A stretch of 64,000 nucleotides of DNA, from positions 34,410,001-34,474,000 of the forward strand of contig CM060733.1 in assembly GCA_030704615.1 (NCBI GenBank), in the 5' to 3' direction. Position 1 is the first letter of the stretch; each line of letters starts with the position of its first letter. Below, one piece after another: positions 39,610-49,339 of the stretch. The notes below the pieces were generated by a model. The model made no database searches, was not told where the DNA came from, and saw only the letters and a program-made list of their open reading frames with translations. The position numbers were made by a program, and so were the translations under genes. The DNA comes from Takakia lepidozioides (taxonomy: Eukaryota > Plantae > Bryophyta).

Positions 39610-40092
39610 CAGGGCACAGGGTCTAGGGCTGGGGGCTCTATGACAGCCAGGCTACGACAGGCAAACTTCATTGAGTACCTCTCTCTCTCCACAATACTTC
39701 CCTGAACTTGTTTCCAGTCTGTGACATGGGTTTTCTGATTCATTGTCCAGGGTTCTCACCAGAGAGACTGCTCTCTTTCAATCTATCAAGGGAATTGTGC
39801 CTGTACCTCTGTTTACCAACTTTGAAAGTCTCGAGGCTGAGCCAAAAGCCCAGGCCCTTTCGGGGCCTAGTTATTGGGCAAACCACACACAGCAGGTTGA
39901 TGCTTGTGTAAAGGGATTTCTAGAGGATATCTGGAAAACCCGGATCAATTGTTTATTCCAAGGTAAGTCTTACTACCGGCATCAGCCCCTGACAAAGGTA
40001 GGTCTGTCCCTTGGTGTTCTGCTCAAACTGGGGGCGGGGTCAATGGCCACAAGGCTACAGCAAACAACGTCTTATGAGTACATTCTCTCCAC
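39610..40092 (+). mobile_element. 5'-truncated copies of the same LINE family
   Basis: Homologous to 34660-35160. Tails CAGGCTACGACAGGCAAAC..GAGTACCTCTCTC (about 39650-39690) and GGCTACAGCAAACAACGTCTTATGAGTACATTCTCTC (40053-40089). Confidence 0.75.
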
Positions 40093-41448
40093 AATACAAT
40101 TAAGTTGTTGGAACAAATAATTGCTGCCAGTGGTAAAAACCCTAATGGTCTTGCTCTATTCACCATCAGAGGCCTGGATACATATGTTTTGCAGCCTTAC
40201 CTAACAAATGGTGACATGCATCTGGCATGTAGAATTATACCAGTCCCAGCAGTTGGCATAAGCTGCTAACAAAAGCAAAGGCTGCAAAGAGAAATCAATG
40301 CTTACGTTCGAACACTGGATTCCTCAGGTTGAAATACCATCCGAAACTGCATCCCCACGGTGACATCCAAGTCGTAGAGTATCTTGTGATACTTGGCCAC
40401 CGGTATCAAGAACCCCGACGATCCTGGTTCTTACCTTTTTGCTATAAGTCAATTGTGTCAAATCCAACCAGTTAACGGCTCTCGCACTTGGCAGGCGACT
40501 CGTCCATTTGCGGAAGAACTGCTGCCAAATTTGGTCTCCGGGTCCAGATATAGCCTGAAGCCGATGCTGTGCGCTTCCGGCTTTCCATCCGCTCTTTGGA
40601 TACGAGTGAGCCGGTCAGACGCAAGTTTCTGACGTCTCCTCGCGATCCTTTGCTGCTAAAAATTCCGAAATTCCACAATTCTAGAAGAGGTGTGGAAGAA
40701 GAAAGCATTCAATTAGAAAGAGGAAAGCTGACACAGCGGGCACGACAGGGTGCCGCAACAACGGTCCCCCAATTGTGCAAAGCCCTCCACCACACCACTG
40801 TTTCTTCCAACATAAGCACAGACTCTTGAATTGTCCCTTCCGTTATGATTCAAGCAAGGTACCGACCACTCTGTCCTTCGCTAGTGTGAAACAGCCCCTA
40901 GGTCTGGCAGGTCAAGTGCAAGACAGCACACTTGTTACTGCTGCCCGCCGCTGCTCCACACCTGCTGCCTCGAGCCCTTGCTTCACTATGGCCTGCCTGT
41001 TACCCTGCGGCAGCCATGCAATCCGCCATGCATGCACCCCTGCTTCCTCATCTTTATCCTCCGAGATACCAACTAATTAATTAGGCACTCATTAGCCCTC
41101 ATTAGCACTGCTTTAGTGCTAACTTAATTCCCTCCTCTTGCAAATAGGTGGCATATGAGGTGGCTGCCAGTCGAAAGCGGTCACATCGGCTTTGCTTGTA
41201 CTAGGTCATCCTATAATTGGACAAAAGGAATATTGCATTGAAGTGATTAATACATTATAGGCTAGTAATGATGCAGATTGTTGAACAAGACATTTTACCA
41301 TAGACATGTTACAATTTGCACCTAGGCATTTTGTACTTATAGATCGATCTATATATATATATATATATATATATATCAGTTTTATCATCTTCTTTTTTTA
41401 ATCTTCTATTTATTTTTTATTTTATTTTTAAAAAAACACCATTGTAAC

Positions 41449-41715
41449 TTTTTTCTTTTTTTCTTTTTTTTTACAGAACAGGGGACATCGGCCCTGGAGC
41501 TTTATTATTAAGTTTATTTTGCGGGGAAAAAAATTTAAACCCCCTTGGAACGCCATAAAGGCACACACACCGTAATCAGTGAAAGTGGGACTCTCCTCCT
41601 ATGTGGAGTGGACCAAAGTCACGACTCCTAACGAGTATACCCCACCCGACAAGGTAGCAGGATTTTGAGCCCAGATTCACCCGGGTCTTTCTCAGTGCTA
41701 CTGAGCTACTGACTG
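41449..41715 (-). mobile_element. tRNA-derived SINE with LINE-derived 3' tail
   Basis: Minus-strand head GTAGCTCAGTAG..GGGCTCAAAATCC (A/B-box-like). The 3' part resembles the LINE tail at 23630-23730, and a poly(A) appears as a T-run at 41449-41472. Confidence 0.65.
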
Positions 41716-41729
41716 GTGATATATATGTA

Positions 41730-41892
41730 TGTGCAATCAGCAGGAATACTAGTTACATGAGAGACCAGGGCTACAGAGGGTTACACTGATTGGAATACCA
41801 ATACCCGGGTTACACTACAAGAGCCTCCCATCAAGAATCGAACCCGGAACCTCGCTGCCTGCAATTCTATTACCTTACACTTAGGCTACCCA
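41730..41892 (-). mobile_element. Second tRNA-derived SINE-like element
   Basis: Minus strand GTAGCCTAAGTGTAAGG..CCGGGTTCGATTCT (A and B boxes). Not a canonical cloverleaf. Confidence 0.5.
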
Positions 41893-42574
41893 CCATAGCA
41901 TGAAACCTACTTGGATTCTTCGGTATTTTAGTGAAACCGAGGTAAGAGGGGATGGGGAGGATATGACAGGCCCCCCACCCCTTGGAGGAGCCCAAGCTGC
42001 TGGAATCCGGGCGAAAGCACAGTCAGATTGCAGGTGTCCATTAAGTTCTTGTCTGAACTTCCAAAAAGAAAATTGAATCATCACAAAAATCATTTTTATC
42101 AATTATTTCCTATTTTTTTAAGGCTCCATCATTACTAAAATATTACTTTGTTTATTCATATATTGATAAAGTTAGATAGTAGAACAAGTTTGAGTGTTTT
42201 ACTAGCGCAAAAGAAAATAAACTATGAATGATTTGACATGAAAATTTCTTGTAAATGCTCCTAGTCTTTTATAGTATGTGTTGTGCGCATACATATCGCT
42301 ACACAACTACATCGCTATCCAAACCACACCACATATATATGCACAATAAAGTAGTCTGCCACAAGAAACACAAGGCCCAGCTACTAGGAGACCTTGAACA
42401 CACGAGGTCCTGGCTCAAGTTCACAAATTGCAAGATGGCGACTAACGATGGGGCTACTCTTGTACCCGGCCTCTTGGTCTATAGAGTTTGAGTGCAATAG
42501 GGGCAGTGATAGAGGACTTAGTACGGCTGTGGCTATTACATCTTGTTAGCCTTCCATGGTTGTATCCACTCCCA

Positions 42575-43830
42575 CTATCCAATGCAATGTGGACATAACC
42601 AATCCCCATCCGGAACCATCTCAAGAGGTGGAGTCAAGCATCCCATATGCCAACCTCTAGAGCATCGATCACACACCAGCATGGTGGCTGCCCCTTTAGC
42701 AGACCCACACAACATGCACCTCAAACCTGCAGATACCACTGCCAGGTTTGGGTCAATCTTGCCATCGACATTCGGAAGGTGACATGGCGCACAATTACGC
42801 ACATGGTCCTTCCAAGTTATGCCATCCCGACCCTCCAAGACCAAGACGCCTGAAGGCAAGACCTCTCGAACCCTCAAAATAACACGTCCTGCAGTCACAT
42901 CCAGGGTCGTAGGAGCAGTCTGCTGCAGATAGACATAGTCACCAGGGTTGAATCTCCGAACCCCAGGACGATAGCCCCCACCACGTATGGTAGCATACCT
43001 CAACGTATCACGGTGTTGTGCAATGGCAAGGTTCTCGAAAGCCATGGGCATGACTCTCTTGAACAACTCTGCACGCTGCTCACATGCACGTGCCCACACG
43101 TCCGGATCGTCAAGGTTAAGAACTGTAGCAGCTTCTCTGCGAATGGATGTAGACAAATCCGACTCTCGGCCAAAGAGAATGAAGTATGGTGAGAAGGAGG
43201 CAAGTGATGCTTGCTTGCTGAACCTATAGCCCATGGCTAACCAGGGTAACTGAAGGTCCCAATCTCCTAGGTGTCCCTTCTGCAAGCCATACTTGCGCAA
43301 ACCCCTCTTTACTGTCTGAACAACTCTCTCTGCCAAGCCGGCCTCAGGATGATCCCGAGAAGTGGTGCGGTGGTCTATCAAGGCCTTGTCACACAAAGCC
43401 TGAAACTCCCCCAAGAACTCTCTCCCTTGGTCCGTGAGTACCTCAGCTGGAGTACCGAATCGGCTAAGCACACAATCCAAGAATGCATACGCAGCTCCCT
43501 CACTAGCCTTATCAGGCAATGGAACCAATTCAATCCACTTGGAGAAGTGCTCCACCATCACCAACACGTACTTGTTGTGGCGCATGGTCAGTGGCAATGG
43601 CCCTGCGAAGTCAAGACTCCACCTGTAGCCCGATCCCATGATCGGAAGAGGGTGCAATTGTGGAGTAGGGGTGTTGAATGAAGCACGCACCTTGTCACAC
43701 ATCATGCACCTAGCCACAAATTGTTGCACCTCTGTGTACATACCACGCCACCAATACTGCCCCTGCAGTAGACTATGAGTGCGTCGCACCCAAAATGCCC
43801 CAACTCCTCATGGGCATGCCGCACTAACCG
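42575..43830 (-). CDS. Integrase (HHCC, D,D35E) with C-terminal PHD finger
   Basis: HEELGHF..CMMC zinc domain and catalytic WSLDFAG / VLTDQG / AERVVQ. C-terminal CMLC..CDRC..WH..C..WLCPHC (C4HC3) at 42578-42718. The 404-aa ORF is uninterrupted. Confidence 0.93.
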
Positions 43831-43836
43831 TGCCCG

Positions 43837-44619
43837 CTATGTTGGGTGAGGCACAATCCTCACTCGACCATCCTCCCACACTCGGAGCAGGTGTGTCCCC
43901 TCCCACTTGAACCTCTTGGCTCGTTGTAGGATCCGATCCCTCTCCTTGGCAGTCACAGTGGCTGTAGTGTCTCCAGTGCGGAGGTAGTCCAACACAATTG
44001 AATCCTCATGTATATCTTTGGCGCCACCTTGCTCATTGCTGGCCTCAGGGTCCTCAGACACTTGATCTACAGTCATCCATGTTGCAGGTCCAACTTGGCC
44101 TTCCGCTGCCAAGATACACAGAAATGCAGATGCATGCCATCCGGGCACCATCTCCTCGTCCGTCTCACCATGCCACCGAGCTCCAGTGTCATCCTGCTGG
44201 CTCGTGCATGGATTGCGACTCAACCCATCTGCATTGCGATTGACCAAACCCGGTCGATGCACCACCTGAAAGTCATACTCTTGAAGGATGAGTGCCCACC
44301 GTGCAAGCTTCTCCGTAAGCTTGTCTGACTCCATCAACCACTTGAGTGGTTGGTGATCCGTGACAAAGGTGAAGAGATTGCCGTATAGATAGCACCTGAA
44401 GTGTGCCACGGCCCACACTGTAGCTAAGCATTCTCCCTCATATGAGCTATACTTAGACTCTACAGCATTGTTCGAGCGGCTAGCATAAGCCACTACGAAC
44501 TCTCTTCCCTCATCATCCACCTGTGTGAGCACCGCTCCAAGCCCCAGCATGCTCCAATCTGTATGCAGCTGAAAAGGACGCCCCCTGATAGGTCGTCTCA
44601 AGATGGGCGGCGAGGTCAA
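43837..44619 (-). CDS. Ty3/Gypsy RNase H and linker
   Basis: PFQLHTDWSMLGLGAVLTQ..VVAYASRS..YEGECLATVWAV..TDHQPLKWL..ADGLSR. Confidence 0.92.
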   Translation of the reverse strand: MTSPPILRRPIRGRPFQLHTDWSMLGLGAVLTQVDDEGREFVVAYASRSNNAVESKYSSYEGECLATVWAVAHFRCYLYGNLFTFVTDHQPLKWLMESDKLTEKLARWALILQEYDFQVVHRPGLVNRNADGLSRNPCTSQQDDTGARWHGETDEEMVPGWHASAFLCILAAEGQVGPATWMTVDQVSEDPEASNEQGGAKDIHEDSIVLDYLRTGDTTATVTAKERDRILQRAKRFKWEGTHLLRVWEDGRVRIVPHPT

Positions 44620-44667
44620 CCTCGCCTTGAGCTCTTGAAAAGCTCATTCTTGCTCATCTTCCCACTG

Positions 44668-45600
44668 TCACTCCTGGTCCACCTTGGTCAGCTTGGTTAG
44701 AGCCTTTGCAATGGCACTAAATCCCTTAACAAACCGTCTGTAATAGTTTGCTAACCCCATGAAAGCTCGAACTCGGCTCACATCCGTGGGGCGTGGAACC
44801 TGTGCAATGGACTCTACCTTAGTCTGCTGTACCCCCAATCCTCCAGGATATATCATGTGACCCAGATACTCAATCTGGTTGTGGAAAAACTTGCACTTGC
44901 CCGGATGTAACTTCAATCCGTGCGTCCTCAAGCGCTCAAATACCCCCTGAAGGTGTCTCTCATGCTCCTCCACCGTAGCACTAAAGATGATGATGTCATC
45001 TATGTAGCACCGAGCAAACTCCACCCCTGCTAGAATCCTGTCCATGACTCTTGAAACTCAGCGGGAGCGTTTTTAAGCCCAAATGGTAAGAACCGCCACT
45101 GGTATAGGCAATCCTTCCCGTCATTGATCCCCAGAATGCCGTCTTTTGCTTATCCGCCTCCTTGATCGGCAACTGGTGATATCCGGATCGTAAATCCAAC
45201 GTGCTAAAGACCTTGGAATGCCCAATGGCATCAAAGATCTCCTCTGGTGTCGGCATGGCATACCTATCGGACTTGGTCTGACGATTTACAGGCCGGTAAT
45301 CACCGCACATACGTCTCTCCGTCCAATTACCATAGACATCCTTCTTGGCTGGCATCACTGTGGCTGAAGCATACTCTCCACCAGAGAGCTCCACCAAACC
45401 TGCCTCCCAGAGATCTTGAGTCCTCATCTGAATCAAAGACCCTCTCCATGTCACTGTATCTATAGGGTCTCCGAAAGATTGGCGTGTCAGTGGCCAACTC
45501 AATACGGATCTCTTGACCATTCAGTGCTCCCAAGTCCTTCAAACTGAAGGCAAAACAATTCCTGTAAGCCCTCAGGAACCGCTGTATACGTTGTCTCTCT
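44668..45600 (-). pseudogene. Ty3/Gypsy reverse transcriptase (frameshifted)
   Basis: RRMCGDYRPVN, FSTLDLRSGYHQ, LPFGLKNAPAEFQ, CYIDDIIIFS, KCKF..YLGH and RAFMGLANYYRRF, split across frames. Confidence 0.93.
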
Positions 45601-46019
45601 CCTCCGGTGACAATGGGTCCAATGTCAGGCTCCTAATTGTCCTCCGTAACTGCAACCTTAAGTCCAGTGGGCTTAGAGGTAAAGGACGCGTCCCGTGGTT
45701 GCTATGTTGCAACCTCTTGAGCAGTACTCCCTTCATGCTCAGTCAATGACAAGGCCTCATCCTGCCCCATCATCTCATCATTGAGAACCTCCTCATCCCG
45801 AGAAGAATCCCCAACCTCATCCATCACAGCTGCCTTGGCTGCCAACTCCCTCTGAACCTCGAGCACCTCCCACGTGTGCCATGGATGTCTACACCCCGTG
45901 GTCCTCACCGGCTCGCCCCCACTTGCTGCCTGTACCGTCTCGGTAGGCAGAGAGACCGTCAAGGGAAGTGCACTCCGCACTCTACGTTGCTCAGCCATAG
46001 CCAAGCTGATAATCCAGGT

Positions 46020-46955
46020 CAAGCAATTGAGATCCATTGCTTGCCCCAACACCTGACGACGTGATGCCTCAGAAAGAGAAGGCACCGCCGTGGTCCCAGT
46101 GGAAAACCCCATAGCCCGCTCTCGCTCGTCGGCATTAGGCTCCACTAACTGCTGCAACTGAGCATCCCACAGGAGGCCGGGTCCACCATCCCGAAAAGCA
46201 TGGGATCCTGGGAAGCTGAGCAGTGTAGGTAATGTTGCTCGTGGTTGACCCACCCTGTTGACCACTGCCAAAGGCGAACGGTCATCGTGTCTCACACGTT
46301 GAGTCTGCCTCCCTGTGTCCAAAATGCCATCCACGGTGAGGTGTGCTGACCGCTGCACCCCATCAAATGCACGCTTGAGTAGTGCGGGTGACATCAAGTT
46401 AGTCCACCAAAGCCGTGGACGATGAGCCCGTGACCCCACTGCAGCTGCATCCAGCAACACTGCTGACCCAAGCCACGACCGGACTTGATGCACACTGGCC
46501 ATCACCCTGGCCCGAGAATCACCCATCAGTGGCACATTCTCCAAGATGTATGCTGGCGATACAGCTTGGTGAAGCTGCAAGTGGCGCAAAATCTGCATCA
46601 TCTCCCAAAACAGACCCGTCCTCGAGTCTCGCAATCCATTGTCATGCCCGGCTGATGAATGCCCTTGGCAGGGCCAACCTGCCACTACCAGATCAATGGA
46701 GCCAACCTACTCCAAATCCGGCGCCCCCTGCAACGAAATGTCTGCTGGCAAGGCTTGTTGGTATCCACGAACTGCAGACACTGGCAACAAAGCAGTGTAC
46801 TGTTGTACCAACTGAGCAACATGGCGCAGTGAGACGCGTCGTGCAGTCTCATCCCTCTCCACATACAGGTAACGCCTTACCCGCACACCTGCTTGTAGCA
46901 CAGCAGCCAATCCGGTGCTGATCCCGCCAAACAAGTCCAGAAGACAAATGCCTTC
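46020..46955 (-). CDS. DNMT3-like cytosine-5 DNA methyltransferase domain embedded in pol (one in-frame stop)
   Basis: Motif I LLDLFGGISTG, II YVERD, III ADI, IV DLVVAGWPCQG, VI YILENV, VII/VIII LLDAAAVGSRAHRPRLWWTNL, IX ERERAMGFSTGTT, X RRQVLGQAMD. ORFs 46707-47414 and 45702-46685 share a frame and are separated only by TAG at 46707-46709. Confidence 0.92.
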
Positions 46956-47311
46956 ATCCGGATACTGCCACACAATAGGTGTGGTATCCAATGGTGACAG
47001 CTGAGGTGGTCCTGGTGCAATACCCGCACTCTCCTCCTCTCCTGACGGTACAAAAGCCTCTACCCAGGCTTGTTGCACCCGTCGATCAGCAACCTGCTGC
47101 AAATCCTTGCTCGTACCCCACAATGGAGTGTGAGCAACCATGGCAGGCAACTCCGCCACACCATGCATGTCATCATGCTCTGCTGGAGGTGGCACATCCT
47201 CTGCATGGGCATTGCCTTCCAGCAACTCTCCAAGCAAACTAACTGTAGCTGTAAAGGCGGCTAGTGTTGGCATCTTGCCCTGTTGGGCAGCTGCACTACC
47301 CCCAATGAATG

Positions 47312-47680
47312 TCACAAGGAGTTGTGCACGACGACCATCCCCTGACTGCCATCCAGGCCTGTAGAATGCTGACTCCTCCCAAAAGTCCAGGGTGAAGCCC
47401 ATGGGGTATAACACTGCCCAACAACGAGGACATCGTAAGAGACCGCGTCTGTCATAATGGCCTTGGCTCGCATCACTGAGCCATCTGTAGGGTGATCCGG
47501 CTGCAGTCTAATGGCCAACTGATGTTGTGTCATGCCCCGAGCCTGCTCTGATCCTCCCAGAGATGTCTGTATCTGGAAAGGACAAGGCTCCATATCCGCC
47601 TCCATGAGGCCCAAACCTGCAATAGCAACTCTGCCCAACATCAGTGGCTGAGCTCCCGAGTCCAACAAGACCCGTAGTGG
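47312..47680 (-). CDS. Retroviral-type aspartic protease (frameshifted at C-terminus)
   Basis: VLLDSGAQPLMLG catalytic motif, with YDVLV-G-like C-terminal motif. Confidence 0.85.
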   Translation of the reverse strand, partial: PLRVLLDSGAQPLMLGRVAIAGLGLMEADMEPCPFQIQTSLGGSEQARGMTQHQLAIRLQPDHPTDGSVMRAKAIMTDAVSYDVLVVGQCYTPWASPWTFGRSQHSTGLDGSQGMVVVHNSL

Positions 47681-49131
47681 CCGTTACTTCTTGCCTGCCG
47701 GTCCACTCAAAGTAAAAATGCCTCCCTGGTTGTCTAACAAGACAACTCCAGGGGTCACCATGGCGCGCTCAAAGGCTGGCCTAGCTGGCAGCTCCGTCAA
47801 CCTGGCAGCTGCAGCTTGCCAGGGCACAGCCGTGGCAGTCTTGACCCTCAAATCCGAGGATCCCTCTGCCACTACACCTTCCAGTAACTCCGCAGAAGAT
47901 GAAGTGACCTCCCCAATCTCACAGAGTGTTGCTGCTAGTCTGAACACTGCAGCTGGTCTTACCCCCGGCGTCGCAATCATGGTTGCCGAGAACAGTGGGG
48001 CTTGACACACAGAGGTGGGGAACCCAAAATCTTGCATTCTCTTGCAACCCAGTATACTTCACCCGCCACAAGGCACTCTCCTCAGCAGCCTGAATGTCAG
48101 CCACTGTCTCGGTAGGCCCCTCCACATCAGATCCTGTGCATGGTGTCTCGGGGATGTGGTCACTTGTGACTCCAGTATCTCCACCTTCATCCGCCAGACA
48201 TGCCAGCTCAACCTCACTGAATGAGTATCCTTCCATGGTAGTTGTAAAGTAGAATCCCAATAGCATACAAGCATATAAGAAAACTACAGCTGCATGGACA
48301 CCAGCCACCATGCAACCGGCAAGAAAACTACAAAACAAAGCATCCTCATGTCTAAGATGATTTCAGGAGACAATTTTGGGAGGCAGCTCATGTGCTCAGA
48401 GTTCATTAATGCATCCTATATCCTACATGAGTAAAGTAAACAACAATGAAATGCAAGCATAAGGGAAAGAGAGGCGTACCCTAGAGCATCTCATCAATAT
48501 CAGCAACTTCCTCAATATTGACAGCCCCCAAAATCGCCATTCAAATCGCCTCAATCAAAGAGCCGCAACTCTCCATTGCTGCACCCTAAATCCCTAAAGC
48601 TCCACATATTCATACCTAGGGTGCAAGCGATGGCGGAAGACAGGGTACTGGTATCGACAAAGATGCGTTCTTTGTGATACCAGGCTGGTCTGGTAGGAGC
48701 CCAGGTATTTGTGTTTTATTATATTGCCCCCAATATGTTCTGCCCGGGGTACTGCCATTTTCTTATACCCGCATGGTCTGGTACCCTGCTGCAATACCCT
48801 TACCTGTGCTGATACCCCGCCTCGCCCCAATATACCGGTCCAACACCGGTTCTGACTTCTGACAAATGAGATTATGTAGCCCACATGTGTTATGTATATT
48901 CAGCTAACACAAGCGTTATAGTTATAAAGCTTACTTTACAAATAAAGGGGAAACTATTACCTCATGACTTCATATGATACAATATCTTTTATCGTGTAAT
49001 CTCTCCATCACACAATCATCCATTACACACTATTGTGCACAGTGCTGATGTTCAAACGCTTCGGGACCAAATCACCATCTTACAAACGAAATGCATCTCG
49101 GAGGAGACTCTGCAGCTTCCGGCGACTGCAG

Positions 49132-49339
49132 GCACTAACTATCTCACATAGCGCCAACGTTGCGGTCAAGCAAGTAACGTTTTTGAACAGCCAGCAAATT
49201 CACCTCCAATTTTCCGTTTGCACCACCGCTCTGGCAAACAGTGTCACTATACAAGCGCCTGCCGATAGCCCAAACACCGACGGAATCCATGTATCAGGCT
49301 CTACAGCTGTGACAATACAAAGCTGTTCTATCACTACTG
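49132..49339 (+). pseudogene. Isolated polygalacturonase (GH28) exon
   Basis: AG|ALTISHSANVAVKQVTFLNSQQIHLQF..IQAPADSPNTDGIHVSGSTAVTIQSCSITT-G|GT, containing the GH28 SPNTDG motif. No GDDC, GHG or RIK exons found nearby. Confidence 0.85.

Larger units (their letters stand above)
42575..48340 (-). mobile_element. Ty3/Gypsy retrotransposon pol: protease - C5 DNA methyltransferase - RT - RNase H - integrase - PHD (degenerate)
   Basis: Order on the minus strand: LLDSGAQP (PR, about 47670), MTase motifs (46955-46020), RT (CGDYRPVN, LDLRSGYHQ, PFGLKNAP, YIDD), RNase H (LHTDWS, VAYASR, TDHQPL), integrase and PHD. Several stops and frameshifts. Confidence 0.95.

Noticed and set aside
41640-41892. 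Functional tRNA genes
   Set aside because: A/B-box-like motifs are present but no complete cloverleaf could be formed, and the heads are attached to SINE-like bodies or tails.
45702-47414. Host DRM/DNMT3 gene or bacterial restriction-modification MTase contamination
   Set aside because: The domain is intronless and co-linear between Gypsy protease and RT, with no UBA/PWWP domains or cognate endonuclease. Motif order is not DRM-permuted, and the flanks are plant genes and plant TEs.
42647-48224. Plus-strand ORFs across the Gypsy pol
   Set aside because: They are antisense shadows of the minus-strand pol frame with no motifs of their own.
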